Notes under the pieces: model-generated | The model's database searches: none | The model's input: only the letters and a program-made list of their open reading frames with translations | What the model was told of the DNA's origin: nothing | Assembly (NCBI RefSeq): GCF_963921235.1 | Contig: NC_086100.1 | Location: 204,664,001-204,728,000, forward strand | From: Mobula hypostoma | Lineage: Eukaryota | Length of the DNA stretch: 64,000 nt | Direction of reading: 5' to 3' | In this document: positions 12,709-24,469 of the stretch, piece after piece | Layout: each line of letters begins with the position of its first letter | Numbering within the stretch: position 1 is the first letter of the stretch | Made by a program: the position numbers and the translations under genes

Positions 12709-13054
12709 CCTTCCCCCCCACCAAATAAAGTCATGTCCTCATGACCTCTAAATAACTCGCCAACCCTTCCTACAGACACAAAAATCCAATCCAGGTACAA
12801 ACAGTCACACGGTTCCCCAAACAGTAGACTTTACGCCCTGTTCCACGCGCAATACATAGGCCAACCTATCTGGGAGTTTCCTAATCCTCCTAGACCTCCG
12901 TACCCCCTCACCTAAACCCTGAAGGCTCGGACACTACTGGGGATACCTCGGGTCTGCTTGCCAACTCCTCTCTCAATCTCTCACTCATGCCCCCTCTGCA
13001 CTTCGGAGCCCCCTGTCCCGTGTCCGGGCCCCATTTCTTTACCTTCAGGGTCCT

Positions 13055-13310
13055 GCAGCATCTCTAGGAAGAGGTACAGTGGAGGCTTCGGGCCGAGACC
13101 CTTCGTCAGGACTAACTGAAGGGAGAGCTAGTAAGAGATTTGAAAGTGGAAGGGGGAGGAGGAGATCCGAAATGATAGGAGAAGACAGGAGGGGGAGGGA
13201 TGGAGCCAAAAGCTGGACAGTTGGTTGGCAAAAGGGATGAGAGGATCATAGGGTAGGAGGCCTAGGGAGAAAGAAAATCGGGAGAGGGGGAGGGGGGAGT
13301 CCAGAGGAAA
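13055..13310 (-). mobile_element. Penelope 3' UTR fragment nested in the Gypsy element
   Basis: Closely matches 115-360; hammerhead motif at 13078-13113 has a damaged GAAAC box. Confidence 0.8.
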
Positions 13311-13369
13311 GGCAGCATGTACCGCACATCCAGCACATTATCCTTCGAATCCGTATTCTTCCTCATTCC

Positions 13370-13745
13370 CTCGATCGGGAGCTGCTGTTTGCTTTTCTCC
13401 AAACTGAAGCACTTAGCCTGGGCTGCCTTTGCAGCCTCTTCAGCCTCCTGCAATCGAGACGTCAGCTTCTTCACTGACTCCTCCAATTCTCGCCCCAGTC
13501 TCGGCAGTTCTGACTAACGCTTCGTGTCCATCTCCATCTGGGACTCAATTACACCACTAGCTTCTTCCAATCTGTTCTGGATCGATTTCTGCAGATCCTT
13601 TCGAAGGTCGGTCATTGTTTCGTCTCTCTGGATTAATTCATCAGTACAAGACCGCAGTTTCGGCTCGGAATTCCGTTTCTCCGTCTCCACTTTGACGAGC
13701 GTGAACTCCAAGTTTTCAATGGTTGTCCCGGGCTCCGGCATTCGC
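13370..13745 (-). pseudogene. Captured class II myosin heavy-chain rod fragments, intronless, in frame with Gypsy RT
   Basis: [15 protein letters not shown] ~ [37 protein letters not shown] ~ [60 protein letters not shown] ~ [37 protein letters not shown]. Reference motifs are recalled, not searched. Confidence 0.8.
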
Positions 13746-15863
13746 TTCACATCATAGTCCCCCAAGGCGAATCCAAACCCTAGGCGATCCTCCACATACG
13801 CCAAAACTCCAAAAACCTCCACATGCCCTATGGTCTTCCTCATGCCCCGCGGGAAGTTTGCAGGGGCTCCGGATATGCCCTTTGGCATCTTTCCGGACCG
13901 GAAGAATCCTAGTGGACCTATAACGGCCGTCTTCTTCTTGTCGGCCTCACTCATCGGGATCTGGCAAAATCCACTCCTCAGATCGAGCACATTAAACCAC
14001 GTCGCACCATACAAACAGACTATCGCGTCTTCGGCCCTCAGGGCCGTATTCTGGTCAATGACAGTGCGCCTGTTCGGAGTCCTATAATCCACACACACGC
14101 TGCCTATGCCTTCCACGGCTACAGGGTCCAGTCGCCGCGACCTCTCTCTCACCGAGGTGTCTTCAGCGGTCAAATCCCCTCCCTCGTGGTATTCGGAGCG
14201 TCTACTAAGAGGGCCTCACCCGCAGATACTTCCTCCAGGCCGTACCACAATCGGCTCTCATTTAAATTCGGTACCGGCCCAAGGCTGCTACACACGTCCT
14301 CACAAGCAGCTCGAAACACTGTGTGCACAGACAATACCCCTATGAACTCCAGTTTCACTGACAAATGATCGTCTTCTGGATAATCACTGGCACTGGTACC
14401 CCAAATCTCCACTGCCCTTAATGTTCTCAAGGGTAAATGCTTCAGAAACCGGTTGTAAAACGAACTGTACAACTACTTGACCTGCGCCCCGATTTCGAGG
14501 ATGGCTTTAGCATAGCTTCCATCTATCCGTAAAACACACGGAGGCATGGTCCCTATAAGCCTTCAGGAATAGGGTCTTTTCCTTTCGGCATTTCATAGAA
14601 CATAGAATAGTACAGCACAGTACAGACGCTTCGGCCCACAATGTTGTGCCGACCCTCATACCCTGCCTCCCATATAAGCCCCCACCTTAGATTCCTCAAT
14701 ATACCTGTCTAGTAGTCTCTTAAACTTCACTAGTGTATCTGCCTCCACCACGGACTCAGGCAGTGCATTCCACGCACCAACCACTCTCTGAGTGAAAAAC
14801 CTTCCTCTAATATCCCCCTTGAACTTCCCACCCCTTACCTTAAAGTCATGTCCTCTTGTATTGAGCAGTGGTGCCCTGGGGAAGAGGCGCTGGCTATCCA
14901 CTCTATCTATTCCTCTTATTATCTTGTACACCTCTATCATGTCTCCTCTCATTCTCCTTCTCTCCAAAGAGTACAGCCCTAGCTCCCTTAATACTGATCA
15001 TAACACATACTCTCTAAACCAGGCAGCATCCTGGTAAATCTCCTCTGTACCCTTTCCAATGCTTCCACATCCTTCCTGTAGTGAGGTGACCAGAACTGGA
15101 CACAGTACTCCAAGTGTGACCTAACCAGAGTTTTATAGAGCTGCATCATTACATCGCGACTCTTAAACTCTATCCCTCGACTTATAAAAGCCAACACCCC
15201 ATAAGCTTTCTTATCTACCCTATCCACCGTGAGGCAACTTTTAGGGATCTGTGGACATGTACCCCGAGATCCCTCTGCTCCTCCATACTACCAAGTATCC
15301 TGCCATTTACTTTGTATTCTGCCTTGGAGTTTGTCCTTCCAAAGTGTACCACCTCACACTTCTCCGGGTTGAACTCCATCTGCCACTTCTCAGCCCACTT
15401 CTGCATCCTATGAATGTCTCTCTGCAATCTTTGACAATCCTCTACACTATCTACAACACCATCAACCTTTGTGTCCTCTGCAAACTTGCCAACCCACCCT
15501 TCTACCCCCACATCCAGGTCGTTAATAAAAATCACGAAAAGTAGAGGTCCCAGAACAGATCCACGTGGGACACCACTAGTCACAATCCTCCAATGTGAAT
15601 GTACTCCCTCCACCACCACCCTCTGCCTTCTGCAGGCAAGCCAATTTTGAATCCACCTGGCCAAACTTCCCTGGATCCCATGTCTTCTAACTTTCTGAAT
15701 AAGCCTACCGTGTGGAATATTGTCAAATGGCTTACTAAAATCTATATAGATCACATCCACTACACTACCCTCATCTATATGCCTGGTCACCTCCTCAAAG
15801 AACTCTATCAGGCTTGTTAGACACGATCTGCCCTTCACAAAGCCATGCTGACTGTCACTGATA

Positions 15864-18800
15864 AACATAGAAACATAGAAACATAGAAAATAGGTGCAGG
15901 AGTAGGCCATTCGGCCCTTCGAGCCTGCACCGCCATTTATTATGATCATGGCTGATCATCCAACTCAGAACCCAGCCTTCCCTCCATACCCCCTGACCCC
16001 TGTAACCACAAGGGCCATATCTAACTTCCTTTTAAACATAGCTAATGAACTGGCCTCAACAGTTTGCTGTGGCAGAGAATTCCACAGATTCAGCACTCTC
16101 TGTGTGAAGAAGTTTTTCCTAACCTCGGTCCTAAAAGGCTTCCCCTCTATCCTCAAACTGTGACCCCTCGTTCCAGACCTCCCCAACATCGGGAACAATC
16201 TTCCCGCATCTAGCCTGTCCAATCCCTTTAGGATCTTATACGTTTCAATCAGATCCCCCCTCAATCTTCTAAATTCCAACGAGTACAAGCCCAGTTCATC
16301 CAGTCTTTCTTCATATGAAAGACCTGCCATCCCAGGAATCAATCTGGTGAACCTTCTTTGTACTCCCTCTATGGCAAAGATGTCTTTCCTCAGATTAGGG
16401 GACCAAAACTGCACACAATACTCCAGTTGTGGTCTCACCAAGGCCTTGTACAACTGCAGTAGTACCTCCCTGCTCCTGTACTCGAATCCTCTCGCTATAA
16501 ATGCCAGCATACCGTTCGCCTTTTTCACCGCCTGCTGTACCTGCATGCCCACTTTCAATGACTGGTGTATAATGACACCCAGGTCTCGTTGCACCTCCCC
16601 TTTTCCTAATCGGCCACCATTCAGATAATAATCTGTTTTCCTATTTTTGCCACCAAAGTGGATAACTTCACATTTATCCATATTAAATTGCATCTGCCAT
16701 GAGTTTGCCCACTCACCCAACCTATCCAAGTCACCCTGCATCCTCTTAGCATCCTCCTCACTGCTAACACTGCCACCCAGCTTCGTGTCATCCGCAAACT
16801 TGGAGATGCTGCATTTAATTCCCTCATCCAAGTCATTAATATATATTGTAAACAACTGGGGTCCCAGCACTGAGCCTTGCGGTACCCCACTAGTCACCGC
16901 CTGCCATTCTGAAAAGGTCCCGTTTATTCCCACTCTTTGCTTCCTGTCTGCTAACCAATTCTCCACCCACACCAATACCTTACCCCCAATACCGTGTGCT
17001 TTAAGTTTGCACACTAATCTCCTGTGTGGGACCTTGTCAAAAGCCTTTTGAAAATCCAAATATACCACATCCACTGGTTCTCCCCTATCCACTCTACTAG
17101 TTACATCCTCAAAAAATTCTATCAGATTCGTCAGACATGATTTTCCTTTCACAAATCCATGCTGACTTTGTCCGATCATTTCACCGCTTTCCAAATGTGC
17201 TGTTATCACATCCTTGATAACTGACTCCAGCAGTTTCCCCACCACCGACGTTAGGCTAACCGGCCTATAATTCCCCGGTTTCTCTCTCCCTCCTTTTTTA
17301 AAAAGTGGGGTTACATTAGCCACCCTCCAATCCTCAGGAACTAGTCCAGAATCTAACGAGTTTTGAAAAATTATCACTAATGCATCCACTATTTCTTGGG
17401 CCACTTCCTTAAGCACTCTGGGATGCAGACCATCTGGCCCTGGGGATTTATCTGCCTTCAATCCCTTCAATTTACCTAACACCACTTCCCTACTAACATG
17501 TATTTCGCTCAGTTCCTCCATCTCACTGGCCCCTCTGTCCCTTACTATTTCTGGAAGATTATTTATGTCCTCCTTAGTGAAGACAGAACCAAAGTAATTA
17601 TTCAATTGGTCTGCCATGTCCTTGCTCCCCATAATCAATTCACCTGTTTCTGTTTGCAGGGGACCTACATTTGTCTTTATCAGTCTTTTCCTTTTTACAT
17701 ATCTATAAAAGCTTTTACAGTCCGTTTTTATGTTCTCTGCCAGTTTTCTCTCATAATCTTTTTTCCCCTTCCTAATTAAGCCCTTTGTCCTCCTCTGCTG
17801 AACTCTGAATTTCTCCCAGTCCTCAGGTGAGCCACTTTCTCTGGCTAATTTGTATGCTACTTCTTTGGAATTGATACTATCCCTAATTTCTCTTGTCAGC
17901 CACGGGTGCACAACCTTCCTTGATTTATTCTTTTGCCAAACTGGGATGAACAATTGTTGTAGTTCATCCATGCAACCTTTAAATGCCTGCCATTGCATAT
18001 CCACCGTCAATCCTTGAAGTGTCATTTGCCAGTCTATCTTAGCTAATTCACGTCTCATACCTTCAAAGTTACCCCTCTTTAAGTTCAGAACCTTTGTTTC
18101 TGAATTAACTACGTCACTCTCCATGTTAATGAAGAATTCCACCATATTATGGTCACTCTTACCCAAGGGGCCTCTCACGACAAGATCGCTAATTAACCCT
18201 TCCTCATTGCTCAAAACCCAGTCCAGAATAGCCTGCTCTCTAGTCGGTTCCTCGACATGTTGGTTCAAAAAACCATCCCGCATACATTCCAAGAAATCCT
18301 CTTCCTCAGCACCTTTACCAATTTGGTTCACCCAGTCTACATGTAGATTGAAGTCACCCATTATAACTGCTGTTCCTTTATTGCACACATTTCTAATTTC
18401 CTGTTTAATACCATCTCCGACCTCACTACTACTGTTAGGTGGCCTGTACACAACTCCCACCAGCGTCTTCTGCCCCTTAGTGTTACGCAGCTCTACCCAT
18501 ATCGATTCCACATCTTCCCGGCTTATGTCCTTCCTTTCTATTGCGTTAATCTCTTTTTTAACCAGCAACGCCACCCCACCTCCCCTTCCTTCATGTCTAT
18601 CCCTCCTGAATATTGAATATCCCTGAACGTTGAGCTCCCATCCCTGGTCACCCTGGAGCCATGTCTCTGTGATCCCAACTATATCATAATCATTAATAAC
18701 AATCTGCACTTTCAATTCATCCACCTTATTACGAATGCTCCTTGCATTGACACATAAAGCCTTCAGGCGCTCTTTTACAACTCTCTTAGCCCTTTTTAAT

Positions 18801-18953
18801 GCTTGCCCTGGATTTGTCGGCCTGCCACTTTTACTTTTCCCCTTTGTACTTTTTGCTTCTACACTCACTTTACACCCCTCTGTCTCTCTGCACTGGTTCC
18901 CATCCCTCTGTTGTGAACTAACCTCCTCACACCTAGCCGCTTTAATTTGATTC
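15864..18953 (-). mobile_element. CR1 family B with complete ORF2 region and 3' tail
   Basis: 3' tail (aaacatag)n at 15863-15888 on plus; same family as 4613-6462 and 59036-60889. Confidence 0.93.
15965..18952 (-). CDS. CR1 ORF2 polyprotein (APE endonuclease + RT), no stop codons; annotated 1057-aa ORF is chimeric with 62 aa of host family A
   Basis: LCVNARSIRNK, GITETW, MGDFN, ILDWVL, SDH (APE); [31 protein letters not shown] (RT). Confidence 0.85.
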   Translation of the reverse strand, partial: NQIKAARCEEVSSQQRDGNQCRETEGCKVSVEAKSTKGKSKSGRPTNPGQALKRAKRVVKERLKALCVNARSIRNKVDELKVQIVINDYDIVGITETWLQGDQGWELNVQGYSIFRRDRHEGRGGGVALLVKKEINAIERKDISREDVESIWVELRNTKGQKTLVGVVYRPPNSSSEVGDGIKQEIRNVCNKGTAVIMGDFNLHVDWVNQIGKGAEEEDFLECMRDGFLNQHVEEPTREQAILDWVLSNEEGLISDLVVRGPLGKSDHNMVEFFINMESDVVNSETKVLNLKRGNFEGMRRELAKIDWQMTLQGLTVDMQWQAFKGCMDELQQLFIPVWQKNKSRKVVHPWLTREIRDSINSKEVAYKLARESGSPEDWEKFRVQQRRTKGLIRKGKKDYERKLAENIKTDCKSFYRYVKRKRLIKTNVGPLQTETGELIMGSKDMADQLNNYFGSVFTKEDINNLPEIVRDRGASEMEELSEIHVSREVVLGKLKGLKADKSPGPDGLHPRVLKEVAQEIVDALVIIFQNSLDSGLVPEDWRVANVTPLFKKGGREKPGNYRPVSLTSVVGKLLESVIKDVITAHLESGEMIGQSQHGFVKGKSCLTNLIEFFEDVTSRVDRGEPVDVVYLDFQKAFDKVPHRRLVCKLKAHGIGGKVLVWVENWLADRKQRVGINGTFSEWQAVTSGVPQGSVLGPQLFTIYINDLDEGIKCSISKFADDTKLGGSVSSEEDAKRMQGDLDRLGEWANSWQMQFNMDKCEVIHFGGKNRKTDYYLNGGRLGKGEVQRDLGVIIHQSLKVGMQVQQAVKKANGMLAFIARGFEYRSREVLLQLYKALVRPQLEYCVQFWSPNLRKDIFAIEGVQRRFTRLIPGMAGLSYEERLDELGLYSLEFRRLRGDLIETYKILKGLDRLDAGRLFPMLGRSGTRGHSLRIEGKPFRTEVRKNFFTQRVLNLWNSLPQQTVEASSLAMFKRKLDMALVVTGVRGYGGKAGF

Positions 18954-19159
18954 CCATGATTCTCTAAATGCCTATAGATCCTATCTCTAAGAATCTTTTC
19001 CAACAGCTTTCCCACCACAGACGTAAGGCTCACTGGTCTATAATTACCCGGACTATCCCTATTACCTTTTTTGAACAAAGGAACAACATTCGCCTCCCTC
19101 CAGTCCTCCGGTACCATTCCCGTGGACAACGAGGACATAAAAATCCTAGCCAGAGGCTG

Positions 19160-19790
19160 GTACTTTGCTGGGATCGTGCTCCCCCAGAGACCTCAAGCCG
19201 TTCCCCCATTGGGCCTCCTCTAAGTTTTCCGACACCACATCTTTGTGACTGGTATCAAGTCAACAACACTCTCCCCACAACCCCCCCCCCCCCCACCACC
19301 TCCACTTCAGCAATACAATAGAGCTGGTGACTGACAACAGGAAGTCAGCTGGGGCGATGCACACATTCCTGTTTACATCAGCGGGAGAGGACGAGAGGTT
19401 TGACAGCTCCAATTTCCTGCGACAGAACACCACCAACAGCCTGTCCTGTCCATCCACAAGGACACCATCGTCAACAAAACTCAGCGGCATCTCTGCTTCT
19501 TCGCGAGACTGAAGAAAATCGGCGCCTCCGGGACGACCGTCGTCTATTTTTACAGAATACATCCTGTGCGGAAACGAGTCGTGTTGTAACAGGCAACAGC
19601 ACTGCCCACCACTAGAAACACTGCAGAGAGTCATGAACAAGTTCAGCACATCATGGAAACCATGGACACTGTTTACACATCTCTCTGCCGCAATAAAACA
19701 GTCCGTATTATCAACGACCCCACACACGTTGAACATTCTGACTTCCTGAGAGATGGACCACGAACTTCACAATCTACCTAATGCAGTGTT
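19160..19790 (+). mobile_element. Degenerate Rex1/Babar-like LINE fragment
   Basis: ELV(T)D.RK, ERFDSSNFL and QRHLC.LRRL-like remnants resembling the cleaner copy at 23.7-24.3 kb. Confidence 0.55.
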
Positions 19791-19977
19791 GTGATTAAAT
19801 GATCTGCATGATTCGTTAATTATATCAATTGTCCCTGTACATTTCCCCACCCAGCACTCCCAGCCTCGAGATGAGAAATGGATTTTTATGGACGGGATGC
19901 AAATCAAAAGTTATCACTGTACCTTGATTCATTGAAAACAAACATCCCAAATTACTCTCACCCCTCCTCAGCCTCTC

Positions 19978-20008
<31 letters not shown>

Positions 20009-20472
20009 TCTCTCTCTTTCTCTTCTCCCTCTCTTTCCCGTCTCTTTACCCCTCTCCTTGCCCCTCTCTTTCCTCCTCACTTACCCTCTCTCTTCCCCCT
20101 CTTTTCCACACCCCTCCGTCGCCTATTCTGTCGCACACTATATGGAAACAAATAGGCCTCTCTCTGAAAACACCAGCCTTTATTTTCTGAGAGAACACTG
20201 AATTTTTCCAACGAACGAGAAATTACATAACATCTGTCATCCACTGAGTGTGTAAAACAGTCATCACAGTGCGGGGCGGGGGTGCGGAGCTGGTTTGGAC
20301 GGGTGGGTGGCGGAGACAGCAAGCTACAGGAAGGGGGGAATTGAGAAAGCGAAAGGTTGGGCATAAGAGACAATAGGGGGAAGATGCAGGGTAATGATTG
20401 TGTAGGGAAGAATGCTTGAACGAAAAAGTGGGAGAGTGTGAAAGAGAATGGATGTGGAAAAGAGAGGAGATA

Positions 20473-21655
20473 GACCATAAGACCATAAGACAAAGGAGCA
20501 GAAGTAGGCCATTCGGCCCATCGAGTCTGCTCCGCCATTTTATCATGAGCTGATCCATTTTATCCTATTTAGTCCCACTGCCCTGCCTTCTCACCATAAC
20601 CTTTGACGCCCTGGCTACTCAGATAACTATCAATCTCTGCCTTAAATACACCCAATGACTTGGCCTCCACTGCTGCCCGTGGCACAAATTCCATAGATTC
20701 ACCACCCTCTGACTAAAAAAATTTTTTCGCATTTCTGTTCTGAAAGGGCGCGGCGCCCTTCAATCCTTAAGTCATGCCCTCTCGTACTAGACTCCCCCAT
20801 CATGGGAAACAACTTTGCCACATCCACTCTGTCCATGCCTTTTAACATTCGAAATGTTTCTATGAGGTCTCCCCTCATTCTTCTAAACTCCAAGGAATAC
20901 AGTCCAAGAGCAGACAAACATTCCTCATATGTTAACCCTCTCATTCCCGGAATCATTCTAGTGAATCTTCTCTGTACCCTCTCCAACGTCAGCACATCCT
21001 TTCTTAAATAAGGAGACCAAAACTGCCCACAGTACTCCAAGTGAGGTCTCACCAGCGCCTTATAGAGCCTCAACATCACTTCCCTGCTCCTATACTCTAT
21101 TCCTCTAGAAATGAATGCCACCATTGCATTCGCCTTCTTCACTACCGACTCAACCTGGAGGTTAACTTTAAGGGAATCCTGTACGAGGACTCCCAAGTCC
21201 CGTTGCATCTCAGAACTTTGAATTCTTTCCCCATTTAAATAATAGTCTGCCCGTTTATTTTTTCTGCCAAAGTGCATAACCATACACCTTCCAACATTGT
21301 ACTTCATTTGCCACTTCTCTGCCCATTCTTCCAATCTATCCAAGTCTCTCTGCAGACTCTCTGTTTCCTCAGCACTACCAGCCCCTCCACCTATCTTCGT
21401 ATCGTCAGTAAACTTAGCCACAAAGCCATCTATTCCATAATCCAAATCGTTGATGTACAATGTAAAAAGAAGCGACCCCAACACTGATCCTTGCGGAACA
21501 CCACCGGTAACCGGCAGCCAACCAGAATAGGATCCCTTTATTCCCACTCTCTGTTTCCTGCCAATCAGCCAATGCTCTATCCACGTATGTAACTTTCCTG
21601 TAATTCCATGGGCTCTTATCTTGTTAAGCAGCCTCATGTGTGGCACCTTGTCACA
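20473..21655 (-). mobile_element. 5'-truncated CR1 LINE (family C)
   Basis: RT ORF 20699-21658; 3' tail (gaccataa)n at ~20473; possible TSD gagataga (20467 / 21662). Confidence 0.9.
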
Positions 21656-22216
21656 CAACGTGAGATAGAGAAACTGAAAAATTTATAAGTACAGAGAGAG
21701 AGTGAGAGAGAGGCAGATAGTTAAGAGAATAAGAGAGTTATAGGGAGAGACAGAGGGAGAGAGGGACAGAGAGAGAGGGGACTGTGGAGCAGAGTGGCAG
21801 AGTGGAGATCCTGGGTGAGGGGAACAAGGAGTGAGAAGTGAGGAAAGAAAGAGAAAGAGAAAGGGGAAACAAAGCGATAGATAAATGATCCGAGATAAAC
21901 AGCGACGGGGAAGAGAGGGTAAGAGAGACGGGATGGGGGTGAAGGGAAGGGCGAGAGAGGATTGAAGGGAACTGCGGAGAGAGGAGCAGAGAGAGTGAAA
22001 GCGTTGAGGAGGAAACGAATGTAGGTGAAGGGAGAGTGGGAAGAGAGTAGGAGGCTGTGGGTGACAGAGAGTGGGAAGGTGACATTGGGAGACAAGAGAT
22101 GGAGAGAAAGAGAGGGTGAGGGAACGGGGACAGGAAGTGGAGATAATGAAAAGGGGTGCGCGAAGAAGTGGCGATTCTTTGGATGCGGGATGAAGGACAA
22201 TGGGATGATGGAGATA

Positions 22217-22228
22217 ACGTGTGTGTGT

Positions 22229-22267
<39 letters not shown>

Positions 22268-22322
22268 TGTGTATGTGTGTGTGTGTGTGTCTGTGTGTGT
22301 CTGTGTGCGTGTGTGTGTGTGT

Positions 22323-22376
<54 letters not shown>

Positions 22377-22387
22377 GAGAGAGAGAG
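22217..22387. repeat. Compound (TG)n/(AG)n microsatellite
   Basis: Directly visible dinucleotide runs. Confidence 0.97.
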
Positions 22388-22439
22388 GAAGGAGCGCAGA
22401 GAACGAGAGGTACAGACTGGAGTAAAATATGGAGAGGGA

Positions 22440-22620
22440 GGTAGGGAACGGAAGTGAATGTGGAGTCGGAGAAACACGGTGAATGACACGACCTCGTGGA
22501 GTACCGGGACACAGGTAAACACCGATAGAGAGGGCGGTGAAGGAGGCGGATGTAGTTCGGGAGTCGGGACGTCACGTGACAGCAGTACGCGCTGTCGGCG
22601 AGACCACACTGGGAGCAGCG
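22440..22620 (+). promoter_or_regulatory. Possible CpG-rich promoter or first-exon segment
   Basis: CpG-dense non-repeat stretch with ETS-like CGGAAGTG (~22449), palindromic GTCACGTGAC (~22571) and CAG|GTAAAC (~22512). No downstream exon found. Confidence 0.3.
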
Positions 22621-22622
22621 AT

Positions 22623-23447
22623 TGCGGTTCTGGTCTCCGAGCAACAGGAAGGCTGTGAGAAAGCCAGAGAGGGCGCAGTAAAAATTCACAGGGAATGTTT
22701 GGGCAACCAAGTGATACAGCAGAGGAAGAGGCCCCGAACCCCGCGATGTTCTGCCGAAGTGATTAATCTAACGAAGCCTAATACTGATCCCTTTCTCCTG
22801 GATACGTCCAGATCCCTCTGTATCCTGCACATGTGTCTGTGAAAAAAAGCCTCTTAAAAACCCTTATCATATCGATCTCCGCCAGTAGCCACGGCAGCAC
22901 ATACAGCACGCTCTGTTTAAAATAAACTTGTGCCGCACATTGTCTGTGAACTATCCCACACTCACCTTGAAATCACGTCCTCTGGTAATAGAGATTTTCC
23001 ACTTCGTGAACAAACGATGTCGGTTCTCTTCTCTCAGATCTCTTCTCGGCCTCAGTCTGCCTCTGGTCTCCCCTCAGCCCCCATCGCTACATAGGGAACA
23101 ACTGTCCAATCTTTCATTCCCTCTGATCCATGAGGCAACCTCCCTCCCCATTTCCAGAACATTAGCTCTCAACCGATCCTTCCTCCGCCGTAACAGGGCT
23201 GGAGTTCCTCCTGTTGTCGACTAACACCCATGGTTCTGTGGTGGTGATAGAGCGTAGGTGTTCAGTGCCCAGGAGAAAGGGATTAGTATTAGGCTTCGTT
23301 AGATTAATCACTTCGGCAGAACATCGCGGGGTTCGGAGCCTCTTCCTCTGCTCTATCACTCGGGTGCCCAAACATTCCCGATGAATTTTTACTGCGTCCT
23401 CTCTGGCTTTCTCACAGCCTTCCTGTTGCTCGGCGACCAGAACCGCA
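22623..23447. repeat. ~180-bp inverted repeat (22623-22801 / 23269-23447)
   Basis: Both arms translate to ...QQEGCEKARE.AVKIHRECLG..VI.QRKR.RTPRCSAEVINLTKPNT.PFLL on opposite strands. Confidence 0.9.
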
Positions 23448-23454
23448 TACAACA

Positions 23455-24462
23455 CTCCCAGTACGTGTGCCTGCAACACTGTGTGTCCGACAGACTGATC
23501 AGCAGCACTGGGGCTCCACAGGAGACTGTCTTGTCTCCCTTTCTCTTCACCATTTACACCTCGGACTTCAACCACTGCACAGAGTCTTGTCATCTTCAGA
23601 AGTCTTCGGATGACTCTGCCATAGTTGGATGCATCAGCAAGGGAGATGAGGCTGAGTACAGGGCTACGGTATGAAACTTTGTCACATGCTGTGAGCAGAA
23701 TTATCTGCAGCTTAATGTGAAAAAGACTAAGGAGCTGGTGGTAGACCTGAGGAGAGCTAAGGTACCGGTGACCCCTGTTTCCATCCCGGGGGTCAGCGTG
23801 GACATGGTGGAGGATTACAAATACCGGGTGATACGAATTGACAATAAACTGGACTGGTCAAAGAACACTGAGGCTGTCTACAAGAAGGGTCAGAGCCGTC
23901 TCTATTTCCTGAGGAGACTGAGGTCCTTTAACATCTGCCGGACGATGCTGAGGATGTTCTATGAGTCTGTGGTGGCCAGTGCTATTATGTTTGCTGTTGT
24001 GTGCTGGGGCAGCAGGCTGAGGGTGGCAGACACCAACAGAATCAACAAACTCATTCGCAAGGCCAGTGATGTTGTGGGGATGGAACTGGACTCTCTGATG
24101 ATGGTGTCTAAGAGGATGCTGTCTAAGTTGCATGCCATCTTGGTCAATGTCTCCCATCCACTACATAATGTACTGGGTGAGCACAGGAGTACATTCAGCC
24201 AGAGACTCATTCCACCGAGATGCAGCACAGAGCGTCATAGGAAGTCATTCCTGCCTGTGGCCATCAAACTTTACAACTCCTCCCTTGGAGGGTCAGATAT
24301 CCTGAGCCAATAGGCTGGTCCTGGACTTATTTCATAATTTACTGGCATAATTTACATATTACTATTTAACTATTTATGGTTCTATTACTATTTATTATTT
24401 ATGGAGTAACTGTAACAAAAATCAATTTCCCCCAGGATTAATAAAGTATGACTATGACTATG
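23455..24462 (+). mobile_element. 5'-truncated Rex1/Babar LINE
   Basis: STGAPQETVLSPFLFTIYTSD, QKSSDDSAIVGCI, KTKELVVDLRR, QSRLYFLRRL; ends aataaag(tatgac)n. Confidence 0.88.
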
Positions 24463-24469
24463 AATGCAG

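Larger units (their letters stand above)
11997..14593 (-). mobile_element. Internally deleted Gypsy LTR retrotransposon: protease remnant, partial RT, captured myosin-like sequence, PPT, 3' LTR
   Basis: Protease-like AILEIGAQV near 14480-14510; RT motifs [44 protein letters not shown] in 13514-14173; polypurine tract adjacent to the LTR. Confidence 0.85.
14594..19160 (-). mobile_element. 5'-truncated CR1 family A, split by a family-B insertion at ~15864-18953
   Basis: RT ORFs 14656-15860; ...ENH|SDSQHGF continuity across the insertion. Confidence 0.9.

Noticed and set aside
13370..13745. A host myosin gene exon
   Set aside because: Non-adjacent rod segments are joined, with an internal stop, no splice context, and lie between Gypsy RT and PPT/LTR.
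18953..19138. N-terminus of the 1057-aa ORF as a genuine extra domain
   Set aside because: It is RT sequence of the host family-A CR1 joined by the insertion.
21683..22710. Long ORFs (308 and 329 aa) rich in HT, SL and CV repeats
   Set aside because: They arise from microsatellite and purine-rich low-complexity sequence; no domain evidence.
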